Origin: a virus
IMG/VR virus record: IMGVR_UViG_3300047483_000490
Location: 15,636 to 79,635 of that record
Direction: 5' to 3' (one strand)
Length of the DNA stretch: 64,000 bases
Shown: positions 18,433 to 27,897 of the stretch, piece after piece
How positions within the stretch are numbered: position 1 is the first letter of the stretch
Layout of the letters: each line of letters begins with the position of its first letter
Notes under the pieces: model-generated
What the model was told of the DNA's origin: nothing
Database searches by the model: none
What the model saw: only the letters and a program-made list of their open reading frames with translations
Program-made: the position numbers and the translations under genes

Positions 18433-18497
18433 TGAGATGTGGCGCAGCGGTAGCACATAGAATCAATTGGTCGTAGGTTCGAATCCTACCATCTCAG
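18433..18497 (+). ncRNA. tRNA-like RNA lacking an anticodon arm
   Basis: TGAGATG/CATCTCA acceptor, D-arm and T-arm intact; only ~10 nt where the 17-nt anticodon arm should be. Confidence 0.75.
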
Positions 18498-18499
18498 CA

Positions 18500-18656
18500 A
18501 GCTTAAAACCGATTCGCGTTAAGGATGCAGTAGTCTCGTGCGGCGACGATGGAACAGTCGTTGAGTCTTTTAGAACAAGACGTTAAACAATTCGAAACCT
18601 TGGAATGTCAATTATTCCTAAAACTACCACGGAAGGTGCTATCGGTGACCTTCCAA
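18500..18656 (+). ncRNA. Multi-hairpin ncRNA candidate
   Basis: GTAGT/ACTAC enclosing CGGCGAC/GTCGTTG, GTCTT/AAGAC and GGAAT/ATTCC; then GGAAGG/CCTTCC. Confidence 0.5.
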
Positions 18657-18660
18657 ATTT

Positions 18661-18736
18661 AGGCAATTAGCTCAGTTGGTTAGAGCGCCTCGCTGATACC
18701 GAGGAGGTTTCGTAGGTTCGAGTCCTACATTGCCTA
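18661..18736 (+). tRNA. tRNA-Ile(GAU)
   Basis: CCTCG-CTGATAC-CGAGG. Confidence 0.92.
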
Positions 18737-18753
18737 CTAAACTTTTTATCAAT

Positions 18754-19842
18754 ATGCAAAACAAAGAATTCTTACGCGCGTATCTAAATGCTTATGCTCC
18801 AGTTGGTCAAGAAACCCAAGGCCAAAAGATCTGGACAGATTACATTAAACAATTTACCAATGATGTCAAATTAGATGCTTATGGCACAGCTTATGCGGTT
18901 CGTCAAGGCTCACAACCAGATCTTTCTAGCAGATTAGGCAATCCTTACAAAGTAGTTATTGAGGCTCATTGCGATGAAATTGCATGGATGATAACTCACA
19001 TTGAAAGCGATGGTTATGTTAGAGTTAAAAGACACGGCGGATCTGATAATATGATTGCAGCTTCTAAAACTGTTTTAATTCATACACACGATAACACAAC
19101 AGTTAAAGCTCTTTTTGGTTCTCCAGCGGTTCACGTTAGAGACAAATACACAGAAATGGGACCAGAACAACATGAACTTTGGTTAGATTTAGGCGTAGAC
19201 TCAGCTGAAAAGGTTAGAGAGCTTGGAGTTGAAGTTGGTTGTATCGCAACGTTCGATGATCAATTTAGTGAACTTGGAGACTACTACGTTGGAAGGTCAT
19301 TAGACAATAAGATCGGTGGATATATCATAGCCGAAGCGCTTAGAGTTATTACAGAGGCTGATATTAAACTACCTTATGATTTATATGTAGTTAACTCGGT
19401 TCAAGAAGAAGTTGGATTGTATGGAGCTAGAATGATCGCTAAAAAATTACAAGCCGATATTGCTTTAGTACATGATGTGTGTCATAACACTTCACATCCT
19501 AAAATGAACAAAGCTAAAGATTGTGATACCAAAGGTGGAGATGGTCCTTGCGTTGAATACACGGCTCAAAACCACAGAAAAATCTTAAACTTGTTTAAAG
19601 AAGTAGCTAAGGACAATGACATTAAAATTCAACACACAGTTGGATCTTATGGTAATGATACGATGTCATTCTTCTTAGAAAATACACCAACTGCTATTTT
19701 AGCAACACCTTTAAAATACATGCACACTACTTGTGAGATGGCTCATAAAGATGATGTTGCAGCTTGTATTGATCTTTTTGTAAAAACTTTATTATCAATT
19801 ACTCCAGAATGGATTGATGATGTTAGAAACCCGAAGATTTAA
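18754..19842 (+). CDS. M42 family aminopeptidase
   Basis: EAHCDEI, SLDNKIG, QEEVG, DVCH, YMHT; start moved to ATG 18754 because 18730 lies in the tRNA. Confidence 0.92.
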   Translation: MQNKEFLRAYLNAYAPVGQETQGQKIWTDYIKQFTNDVKLDAYGTAYAVRQGSQPDLSSRLGNPYKVVIEAHCDEIAWMITHIESDGYVRVKRHGGSDNMIAASKTVLIHTHDNTTVKALFGSPAVHVRDKYTEMGPEQHELWLDLGVDSAEKVRELGVEVGCIATFDDQFSELGDYYVGRSLDNKIGGYIIAEALRVITEADIKLPYDLYVVNSVQEEVGLYGARMIAKKLQADIALVHDVCHNTSHPKMNKAKDCDTKGGDGPCVEYTAQNHRKILNLFKEVAKDNDIKIQHTVGSYGNDTMSFFLENTPTAILATPLKYMHTTCEMAHKDDVAACIDLFVKTLLSITPEWIDDVRNPKI

Positions 19843-20132
19843 TCTTCTTCGGGTAATTGAATTTCTTCAATGGCAATAGAATCAATATTATTGTTGACAA
19901 ACATTGACATTGTATAATTTTTTTGATTAGAAATAGAAGCCTCTGAATTTAATTTAGAGGCTTTTTTACGTTGAATAGAATTGGATTTAACTTCAATTTT
20001 TTCAACGATTTGAGGTTGCTCTGTTTGAACAGATTTAATTTCTTGAGTTTGTTTTTTGTCAAAAGAAAGGACAAAAAAAGCGATGGAAGATAATCCAACG
20101 AAAAGCGCGATGTGTTTGATATTGATTTTCAT
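19839..20132 (-). CDS. Hypothetical membrane-anchored protein
   Basis: N-terminal hydrophobic helix; one of few minus-strand genes. Confidence 0.6.
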   Translation of the reverse strand: MKINIKHIALFVGLSSIAFFVLSFDKKQTQEIKSVQTEQPQIVEKIEVKSNSIQRKKASKLNSEASISNQKNYTMSMFVNNNIDSIAIEEIQLPEED

Positions 20133-20336
20133 TTTTATAAATTATTTATATACTATATAATTGAAAATCATAGTTTTGTTTAGTGCTTTATTAAAAAAGT
20201 ACAACAAGTTGTTTATCTGGTTCTATGGTTTTTGAAAATAGTTTAAAAATTGTTATATTTTATAAAATGATTACAATCTAAAATTCTAAGTTTCAAAATC
20301 TAATATATAGATAAACAATATTAGCGTGAAATAACT

Positions 20337-22064
20337 ATGCAACCGAATATTAATCAAATCAAAGATCTTGAAGAAAGATTAAGTGCAATCAACACTAAAA
20401 TAACGGCAATAGAATCAGTTAATTCTATAAATGCAACAAATACATCAGGTTCAAGTGGAACTGCAGGAACTTCTGGTTTAAGCGGAACTTCAGGTGTTAG
20501 TGGAACATCAGGTATAAATGGCCAAGACGGTATTATAGGTTCAAATGGAACAGCAGGAACTTCTGGTATCGATGGAACTTCAGGTGTTTCAGGAACTTCA
20601 GGTATCAATGGAACTTCAGGTATCAATGGAACTTCAGGTGTTTCAGGAACTTCAGGTATCAATGGAACTTCAGGTATCAATGGAACTAATGGAACTTCAG
20701 GTTCAAGCGGAACAGCTGGAACTTCAGGTGTTTCAGGAACTTCAGGTATCAATGGAACTTCAGGTATCAATGGAACTAATGGAACTTCAGGTTCAAGCGG
20801 AACAACTGGAACTTCAGGTGTTTCAGGAACTTCAGGTTCAAGCGGAACAGCTGGAACTTCAGGTATCAATGGAACTAATGGAACTTCAGGCGTTTCAGGA
20901 ACTTCGGGTTCTTCAGGTTCAAGTGGAACTTCAGGTATCAATGGAACTAGTGGAACTTCAGGTTCAAGTGGAACTTCAGGCGTTTCAGGAACTTCGGGTT
21001 CTTCAGGTTCAAGTGGAACTTCAGGTATCAATGGAACTAATGGAACTTCAGGTTCAAGCGGAACTTCAGGAGTCAATGGAACTAACGGAACTTCAGGTTC
21101 TTCAGGTTCAAGTGGAACTTCAGGTGTTTCAGGAACTTCGGGTTCTTCAGGATCTAGTGGATCTTCTGGCGTAAATGGAACTTCAGGATCTAGCGGATCT
21201 TCTGGCGCAAATGGAACTTCAGGTTCAAGTGGATCTTCAGGTGTAAATGGAGCAGCTGGTGCCAACGGAGATATAGAATATTCATATAATGTTAGTACAG
21301 TTGGATTAGATTCAAACACATATTATCCAGTTACTATTGGTTTAGGAACTAACTCTTTGACAAAAATATCTATTAGAGTTGCTTTAAATTCAGGTACTAC
21401 TCCATGGTCAACGCACCCTGCTGGTTTTTCTGTAAAATTAGTATGGTTTGCTAATGGAAATGGATGGGGAACAAACGACACAGTAAGATTAATAGATTCA
21501 TATAATTATAGATTTGTTTCAGGTATGTCACCTATCGGTGGAATTAGACAAATGCATAATTCTTCAGAAGAAGTTGTATGGCTTAGAGGTGGAGCTACTT
21601 ATTTTATGTTTGCATCTGCACCAATTAGTCCATCCGTAAAATCAAGCGCTTATAGTTTATACGGAGATACTGTTTCTCCACAAGCCTCAGCATATAATGA
21701 CGTATGGTCTTCAGCTAACGGTAGAACTGCAGCTGGTGAAGTTTACGCATCTGGTGATATTATTGCTTTTTCTGATGCAAGAGCAAAAGAAAATATAAGA
21801 TCAATCAAAAATCCATTAGATAAAATATTAAATTCTAAAGGAGTTGTTTATGATAGAATTGACACAGGTACAAAAGACAATATTGGTTTTATTGCACAAG
21901 AATTAGAACTTAGTATTCCAGAACTTGTTTCAACTGACGTCGACGGTAACAAATCGGTTAAGTATCAAAACATGGTTGCAGTTTTAGTAGAAGCAATGAA
22001 AGAACAACAAAAAGAAATAGACGAACTTAAAGCAGCTATATTTAGTTTATTAGAAAACAAATAA
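20337..22064 (+). CDS. Tail fibre with collagen-like G-T-S repeats and C-terminal peptidase S74 chaperone
   Basis: ~280 aa of Gly-X-Y; [10 protein letters not shown]...IGFIAQE...LVEAMKEQQ. Confidence 0.9.
   Translation: MQPNINQIKDLEERLSAINTKITAIESVNSINATNTSGSSGTAGTSGLSGTSGVSGTSGINGQDGIIGSNGTAGTSGIDGTSGVSGTSGINGTSGINGTSGVSGTSGINGTSGINGTNGTSGSSGTAGTSGVSGTSGINGTSGINGTNGTSGSSGTTGTSGVSGTSGSSGTAGTSGINGTNGTSGVSGTSGSSGSSGTSGINGTSGTSGSSGTSGVSGTSGSSGSSGTSGINGTNGTSGSSGTSGVNGTNGTSGSSGSSGTSGVSGTSGSSGSSGSSGVNGTSGSSGSSGANGTSGSSGSSGVNGAAGANGDIEYSYNVSTVGLDSNTYYPVTIGLGTNSLTKISIRVALNSGTTPWSTHPAGFSVKLVWFANGNGWGTNDTVRLIDSYNYRFVSGMSPIGGIRQMHNSSEEVVWLRGGATYFMFASAPISPSVKSSAYSLYGDTVSPQASAYNDVWSSANGRTAAGEVYASGDIIAFSDARAKENIRSIKNPLDKILNSKGVVYDRIDTGTKDNIGFIAQELELSIPELVSTDVDGNKSVKYQNMVAVLVEAMKEQQKEIDELKAAIFSLLENK
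20443..21270 (+). repeat. Imperfect 9-bp tandem repeats (GGAACTTCA/GGTTCAAGT/GGTATCAAT) encoding Gly-X-Y
   Basis: Directly visible. Confidence 0.95.
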
Positions 22065-22112
22065 TAAAATAAATATATAAGATATTAAAGCTGATTAAAA
22101 AATAAACGAACA

Positions 22113-22607
22113 ATGGCATTACCATCATCATCGGGCGGATCTATTTCAATAGGCCAAATTTGGGCAGAAACTGGAGCTCCAGCAGACCCTAACGAAGACA
22201 TAAACACTGTTAAAAATAGTTTGTGGAATGGATATTTACCAGTGGTTGGAAGTGTAGAAGTAGACAATCTTAATGGTACGGCTAAATGTAGAATTCTTAT
22301 AAGTACATCGCATCCATATAGATATACAGCAGATGTTATAATATACGCGGCAGTAGCAACTTACGCATTTAATGGTATATATTGGGAATACGTGATGTTA
22401 CCAGGAAATTATACAATAGCACAAGGCGCAAGCACTTCTACTTTATTTAACGTATCATATACATATTACGGGCCTGGTGCATATTTATCAGCTCTTGAAA
22501 TTACTAGTGTAGCTCCCGATCGAACTGGGGATTATGTAAATTCTACCAGTTTTGACCAATATCAAGCAAAAACAAGATATAACTTACATTATAACACAAT
22601 AACATAA
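22113..22607 (+). CDS. Tail-fibre-associated protein with MALPSSSGGSIS N-terminus
   Basis: N-terminus shared with 22920..23606; position after fibre gene. Confidence 0.6.
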   Translation: MALPSSSGGSISIGQIWAETGAPADPNEDINTVKNSLWNGYLPVVGSVEVDNLNGTAKCRILISTSHPYRYTADVIIYAAVATYAFNGIYWEYVMLPGNYTIAQGASTSTLFNVSYTYYGPGAYLSALEITSVAPDRTGDYVNSTSFDQYQAKTRYNLHYNTIT

Positions 22608-22617
22608 ATAATAAACC

Positions 22618-22884
22618 ATGGCATATCAATTTTACAAAAGAAATTACGACAACGCATTTTATGCATTTGATTCAGAAACAGATACTTTTAAAGTAGTTAC
22701 AGATCCAACACACGAAGGCTCAGCTAATATGTGTGCAGTGATGTATACTGAAATTGCAAACTCTAATATTATTCAAATGAATACTCAAATTAGCTCAAAT
22801 CCAACCGAATTTGCAAGTATAACAGAATCTGAATTTAATAATAGAATTTTTTCTATGAAAAGCTTCTTAGAACAAAATTTATAA
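22618..22884 (+). CDS. Hypothetical protein
   Basis: 88-aa ORF in fibre module. Confidence 0.65.
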   Translation: MAYQFYKRNYDNAFYAFDSETDTFKVVTDPTHEGSANMCAVMYTEIANSNIIQMNTQISSNPTEFASITESEFNNRIFSMKSFLEQNL

Positions 22885-22919
22885 GATATATAAAGTATAA
22901 AAAAATAAATAAATAAATT

Positions 22920-23606
22920 ATGGCATTATCATCAGGAGGATCTATCTCCATGGGACAAATAGCAACAGAAACAGGTGTAGCATTATCAGGCGTATCTTTG
23001 TATAACAGATCTAGAGTAATGTCTAGATCAAATCCATACGGATATTATCCTGGGAGTATGACATCTACGCCGGATTCTATGAGTGAATTTAGAGGAACTA
23101 CATTTGCAAACGTACCGCAATCGTCTTGTTTGTTAGAAGGAACTTTAATTTCAATGGCTGACGGTTCAACTAAAAGAATTGAGCAATTAGTAGCTGGAGA
23201 TTCATTAAAAGGTGTAAGCATTGAAGGTTTACCTTTAGATGAAACATTACACTTCGCTTGGACTGCTAAAAATCCAAACATTACATTGTCAGATACCATT
23301 GTAGTTAACGCTACTAAAGTAGAAGCATTTGCACTTTACAATATTAATGGTGGATTACTTAAAGCTACTGCAGAACACATTCACTTGGTAAAAAGAGAAT
23401 TAACATACATGTTCGTTCAATCATCTGAACTTTTAGAAGGTGATATTTTATTAGATGGTGAATTAAAAGAAATTACTATTACAAGTGTTGTTAATGAAAA
23501 ATTAACAGAAGGTAAGAGTGTTAACGTTTACTTAATTGACGTAGAAACAATCGATTTATTTATTGCTAATAACATCATTACACACAACAAGAAACCTTTA
23601 CAATAA
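22920..23606 (+). CDS. Fibre-associated protein with C-terminal Hint (intein-like) domain
   Basis: CLLEGTLISMADGS..RIEQL..GD; TAEH; VY.IDVE...FIANNIITHN. Confidence 0.85.
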   Translation: MALSSGGSISMGQIATETGVALSGVSLYNRSRVMSRSNPYGYYPGSMTSTPDSMSEFRGTTFANVPQSSCLLEGTLISMADGSTKRIEQLVAGDSLKGVSIEGLPLDETLHFAWTAKNPNITLSDTIVVNATKVEAFALYNINGGLLKATAEHIHLVKRELTYMFVQSSELLEGDILLDGELKEITITSVVNEKLTEGKSVNVYLIDVETIDLFIANNIITHNKKPLQ

Positions 23607-23628
23607 TATTTGCATATTATTAAATTTT

Positions 23629-23656
23629 AAAGCCAATCGAAAGATTGGCTTTTTTA
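23629..23656 (+). terminator. Intrinsic terminator
   Basis: AAAGCCAATC-GAAA-GATTGGCTTTTTT. Confidence 0.9.
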
Positions 23657-23705
23657 TTGTAAACTTTTTTAAGAAGATAGATATAACATCTAAACTTAAA
23701 GATAC

Positions 23706-24671
23706 ATGAATTTAACAGGCATACACGTATTTAAATCGGTTTCAGCTTCAAGTTACTCAGAACACGTTTTGATGATTCAAACAATTTCTGCTCTTGAATG
23801 GAAGAAACACAATGGTCCAATTCACTTATACACTACTAAAAAGGACTTAAAGTTTTTTGAAGCTTTAGGTATGGATCAATTATATGACAATATCAACACT
23901 GATGTTTTAGAACAAAAAGACGACATTTATTGGCCTCATTTCGGTGCAGCTAGTAAAATGAAAGTTTTAAATTCTATTGAAGAATTTCCAGTTGCATTTA
24001 TTGACAATGATTTAATTTACAGAGAAAAAATTGAAATCAAAGATGAGAGTATCATCTATCTACATGACGAAGGGCGCTTTCATAAAAACTATCCACCTTT
24101 AGATTTCTTAAGCAAAAGAGATGGTTATGAATTTCCACAGATGGAATCCTTAGAAACATGTCACCCAATCAATGTTGGTTTATTCGTTATTAATGACGTT
24201 AAACTAAGAGATGAATATTGTGCTTTAGCAATGGATTTCATGACTAAAAATTCTAAGAAACCAGCACCTGTGAAATGGGCACCAGAAGGTCTTAGAATAT
24301 TTTGGAAACCATTATTTGTTGAGCAAAGATTACTTTCAGCAGTCGTAGATAATGGCAAATATAAAAAGCGTCAATTGTTTCCATACACTTACATGGGAGA
24401 TACTTTAAGATGGAGATCTTGGGAAACAGGCGAAGAATACACACACGGTGAATTAGCGCAAAGAGAAACTTTAACTTGGTTTCACTTATGGGGTGAAAAA
24501 GTAGAGTACTCTAGACCTGAAGGTCAATCATTAAAAATCAAAGTTTTCTATAACTTATTAAGTGCTTTACAAAACAGTGGGCCTAAAGCGTGGGTAATTA
24601 GACAAAATCTAATAGATTTTTTAAAATACAAAGAACAAGATTTACAAGAAGAATTAGGATATAAAATTTAA
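23706..24671 (+). CDS. Putative GT-A fold glycosyltransferase-like protein (DUF6734-like)
   Basis: ISALEWKK.NG..LYT; PVAFIDNDL; INVG; VEQ; FHLWG. Confidence 0.6.
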   Translation: MNLTGIHVFKSVSASSYSEHVLMIQTISALEWKKHNGPIHLYTTKKDLKFFEALGMDQLYDNINTDVLEQKDDIYWPHFGAASKMKVLNSIEEFPVAFIDNDLIYREKIEIKDESIIYLHDEGRFHKNYPPLDFLSKRDGYEFPQMESLETCHPINVGLFVINDVKLRDEYCALAMDFMTKNSKKPAPVKWAPEGLRIFWKPLFVEQRLLSAVVDNGKYKKRQLFPYTYMGDTLRWRSWETGEEYTHGELAQRETLTWFHLWGEKVEYSRPEGQSLKIKVFYNLLSALQNSGPKAWVIRQNLIDFLKYKEQDLQEELGYKI

Positions 24672-24674
24672 CAT

Positions 24675-25433
24675 ATGAAAAGCAAATTAATAACAGTAGG
24701 ATCTGAACACGACTTGCATATTTATAAAGAGTGCATTGTTTCTCAAGCGGTTTGGGCTAAAAAACATGGCATTGAACATGAGATTATAGAAACCGAAGTT
24801 GATAAAACAGGTAATTGGATTTTCTATGAGAATTTTATCACAACTTTAGTTGATAATGAAGAAACTGTAGTTATCGCAATGATGCCAGAAGTAATGGTAT
24901 TAGAAGACTTTAGTAATCCATTTTTGCTAGACAAAGATTTAATAGTTGTAAATTCAGGAGACATTGCTGTGATAGCTGGTAGATTCTCTGGCAGCATCTT
25001 ACAAAGAGCTAATTTACTGCAGTCGCTAGCCTTTAAAGACACACCTCACTCATCTTGTGACTTAGGGTTACATGTGTTAGATACTAAAGTAAAAAACTAT
25101 ATTCATTTCATGGCAGGTATCTCAGGCAAGCCAGAATATCCGTGTATGTCGGGTTTAAATAACTCACACGGTTTTGAAATGCATGCAAAAACATACAAAG
25201 ATGAAGCTCCTGGAATCAAGTATAATTATTCATCTTATGCTAATCAATTTTACAGAGGTGGTGATTTCGCAGTTAATTTAAAAGTAGCTAATATTGAACT
25301 ATCAATTGGATTTATTAAAGAATTCAAGAAGATGAAAGAGAGAATAGATACTCTTGTAATGGAACTATCTCATTTTGAAAAAGATGTTTTAGAGCCAGTA
25401 ACAGAGGATGAAACGCTTAAAAATAACGTATAA
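24675..25433 (+). CDS. Hypothetical protein, possibly degenerate nucleotide-sugar transferase
   Basis: WAKKHGIEH and YRGGDFAV weakly recall GT34. Confidence 0.45.
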   Translation: MKSKLITVGSEHDLHIYKECIVSQAVWAKKHGIEHEIIETEVDKTGNWIFYENFITTLVDNEETVVIAMMPEVMVLEDFSNPFLLDKDLIVVNSGDIAVIAGRFSGSILQRANLLQSLAFKDTPHSSCDLGLHVLDTKVKNYIHFMAGISGKPEYPCMSGLNNSHGFEMHAKTYKDEAPGIKYNYSSYANQFYRGGDFAVNLKVANIELSIGFIKEFKKMKERIDTLVMELSHFEKDVLEPVTEDETLKNNV

Positions 25434-25438
25434 CCTTA

Positions 25439-25798
25439 ATGCCGAAATGCGATAGACATCTATGGGACGAGTTAGATAAAGAACCTTGTTGGAGATGCGA
25501 AGAATTAAGATATAAAAAACCAAATATTATGGCAACAGAAGCTTGTATTTCATGTGGTTGTGACACTCGAGTTAACGTCGATACACATATAGAATCTAGA
25601 ATGTATTATGAAGTTGGTGTTGGACAGTTATGTTCAAAATGTTATAACACATCAAATTCTTTAACAGAAGATTATAGCGCACCTAAAAAGTTTGGTGCAA
25701 ATGAAAATGTAAATAGAGTAGTAATTGATGCTAGACTAATCAATGATACACCTAATGATCAAGAATTGGGTGAAAAGATCAGAAGACTTTTAGATTAA
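25439..25798 (+). CDS. Cys-rich hypothetical protein
   Basis: CxxC pairs; PNDQELGEKIR C-terminus. Confidence 0.65.
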   Translation: MPKCDRHLWDELDKEPCWRCEELRYKKPNIMATEACISCGCDTRVNVDTHIESRMYYEVGVGQLCSKCYNTSNSLTEDYSAPKKFGANENVNRVVIDARLINDTPNDQELGEKIRRLLD

Positions 25799-25806
25799 TT
25801 ATATAC

Positions 25807-25963
25807 TGTACCGTGGCGAAAAGCATTAGCGCGGCATACGCACCCACCTGTCTCGTGGGCGTGGACAAAGAAATAGATTGATAATATGGGGTAGACCACC
25901 AGCTTGCAAGCGTTATGTTATCAATTGAATCTCCACTTGGTGGTTCGAATCCATCCGGTACAG
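25807..25963 (+). ncRNA. tRNA-like RNA (GUC loop) with enlarged D-loop and ~75-nt variable arm
   Basis: TGTACCG/CGGTACA, CCCAC-CTGTCTC-GTGGG, GTGGA/TCCAC arm, GGTGG-TTCGAAT-CCATC. Confidence 0.8.
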
Positions 25964-25989
25964 CCTGCAATTTTCATGATATATAAATC

Positions 25990-26508
25990 ATGAAAAAAAT
26001 AACTAAAATAGGAAAGAAAGGATTAGACTTAATCAAATCTTTCGAAGGACTCGCTTTAAAACCATATTTGTGCCCGGCCGGCGTACCAACAATAGGTTAC
26101 GGTTCTACTTTTTATGAAGATGGTACAAAAGTTACATTAAAAGACAAAAAAATTACAGAAGCTAGAGCTGTTAAAATATTGCTTCATGAGATTACTGTTT
26201 CTGAAAAATATGTAGACGTTTTCTGTCAAGATAAAATTAATCAAAATCAATTTGATGCACTTGTTAGTTTTATTTATAATATAGGACCAAATGCTCTAAA
26301 ATCAAGTACATTACTAGTTAAGTTAAATAAGAATGTTAACGATCCTACAATTAAGGATGAATTTTTAAAATGGTGCAAAGCTGATGGAACACATAATGGT
26401 AAAGATGATGATAATGATGGTCTTATTGACGAGGCTGGTGAAAAACAAATACTAGAAGGCCTTTTAAAAAGAAGAACGGCCGAAGCCGCTCTTTATTTTT
26501 CTAAATAA
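25990..26508 (+). CDS. GH24 lysozyme / endolysin
   Basis: FEG..LKPY.CPAGVPTIGYG; QNQFDALVSF.YN.G; GL..RR..E. Confidence 0.95.
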   Translation: MKKITKIGKKGLDLIKSFEGLALKPYLCPAGVPTIGYGSTFYEDGTKVTLKDKKITEARAVKILLHEITVSEKYVDVFCQDKINQNQFDALVSFIYNIGPNALKSSTLLVKLNKNVNDPTIKDEFLKWCKADGTHNGKDDDNDGLIDEAGEKQILEGLLKRRTAEAALYFSK

Positions 26509-27091
26509 TATCTTTAGACTCTATTAAAGTATAACTAAAATGGTTGCCATGAATTTTGGCAGCCATTTTACATATCTGCATAAATTGATCAAAGTCTTTG
26601 ACTCTTTTAAAGACTTGACAACCTTCAGACCAATTTTCTACCCAAGTGGAATCTCTACCAGCTTTGTGAATATTAATACCAAATGCACCTGTTTCAGTTT
26701 TAGTTTCATCAAATACTAAATCTTTATTAGCATCTCTATAAACTTTAACGTCTCCGTTACGTTGACATAAAGCGTCATATTTACCTTGATGCTTGTCAAT
26801 TTTCCAAACACCTCTATATTGGTTAGGGACTAATCTTGCAACACCACCTTTTGCTGCACCTTCTAACATTCCTTTTTTACCTGGCTCTGTGGTTGCATTC
26901 CAAATAAAGAATTGCCAAACTCCATCAATTCTAAATGAAATGGTTAAAAAATCATCAAAGACATTAGTGACTTTTTTACCAGTACCAGAATTTCTAATAC
27001 CTACAATATTCACGTCATAATCTTTATTGGAATTGAACCAAAGATATTTTTTAGCTTTGACTGCTTTTTCTATTTGTTGTCTTGTATACAT
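26501..27091 (-). CDS. YkuD-like (L,D-transpeptidase fold) cell-wall enzyme
   Basis: ATTEPG; FGINIH...WSEGCQ (His...Ser-x-Gly-Cys). Confidence 0.65.
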   Translation of the reverse strand: MYTRQQIEKAVKAKKYLWFNSNKDYDVNIVGIRNSGTGKKVTNVFDDFLTISFRIDGVWQFFIWNATTEPGKKGMLEGAAKGGVARLVPNQYRGVWKIDKHQGKYDALCQRNGDVKVYRDANKDLVFDETKTETGAFGINIHKAGRDSTWVENWSEGCQVFKRVKDFDQFMQICKMAAKIHGNHFSYTLIESKDII

Positions 27092-27153
27092 GATTGTGAT
27101 TATTTTTAGAAACTTTTACTATTTATCGAATATAATGACTAAACGTTATTATT

Positions 27154-27804
27154 ATGGAAGTAAAATTTGCAGATACATTCGGTGATTCAATTAAAAGATT
27201 AATCATGCATCAAACTTGGTGGTATAAAACTTATGAAACAGTAAGATATAACATCCCAGCCTTTTTAAAAAATATTTATAGATTTCGTAAAGTCTTATGG
27301 AATCATAGATGGTGGGACTATCGTTATACATTAGAAGCTTTACAAACTTCATTAGAAATAATGGAAAGTAAAATGCACGATGGTATGGAAGTTTTTGAAT
27401 CTCGAGGTAAAAAGATTGCAAAGATGCAACGAGCTATTCAGATTCTTAAGAATATCAATGAAGATAATTACATTGAAATGGCTGAAGCTGAATTAGGTGA
27501 AATCATGCATCATGAGTGGGAATTCGAAGAAACTGGCGATACAACTGACAATCCATTTGGTGAAAAAAACGAAAAGCTTTACAGATTAGTTGATAATGAA
27601 ACTGATGAAGAAAAAGAGCATAATCGTAAGGTTTATGATAGAACACACGAGCTAGAAGAGCAAGAGTGGAATGAACTATGGGAAATCTTCAAAGGTAAAA
27701 ATTACAAAGAATATCACGACAGTTTAAGCGAAGAAGAACGTAATGATCCTAAAAATTACGATAACTGGTTCGATGGTTCTGGTATGCAGGGCTGGTGGGA
27801 TTAA
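27154..27804 (+). CDS. Hypothetical protein
   Basis: 216-aa ORF ending GWWD. Confidence 0.75.
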   Translation: MEVKFADTFGDSIKRLIMHQTWWYKTYETVRYNIPAFLKNIYRFRKVLWNHRWWDYRYTLEALQTSLEIMESKMHDGMEVFESRGKKIAKMQRAIQILKNINEDNYIEMAEAELGEIMHHEWEFEETGDTTDNPFGEKNEKLYRLVDNETDEEKEHNRKVYDRTHELEEQEWNELWEIFKGKNYKEYHDSLSEEERNDPKNYDNWFDGSGMQGWWD

Positions 27805-27833
27805 ATTGTTCGTAACTTTTTGAAAAATAATTA

Positions 27834-27875
27834 AGCCCAGATTTTTTAGTTTGGGCTTTTTTTCGTATATTTACA
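27834..27875 (+). promoter_or_regulatory. Class I promoter, stem-loop variant
   Basis: AGCCCAGA-TTTTTTAG-TTTGGGCT-TTTTT-CGTATATTTAC. Confidence 0.7.
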
Positions 27876-27897
27876 GAGTAATTAAAAGATAAACAAC

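Noticed and set aside
20443-21270. Repeat region as a CRISPR array
   Set aside because: Tandem coding repeats with no unique spacers; no repeat-spacer array seen anywhere in the window
20354-21319. Long minus-strand (PEVP) and alternative-frame (MELQV) ORFs
   Set aside because: Shadows of the 9-bp Gly-X-Y repeat in the tail fibre gene
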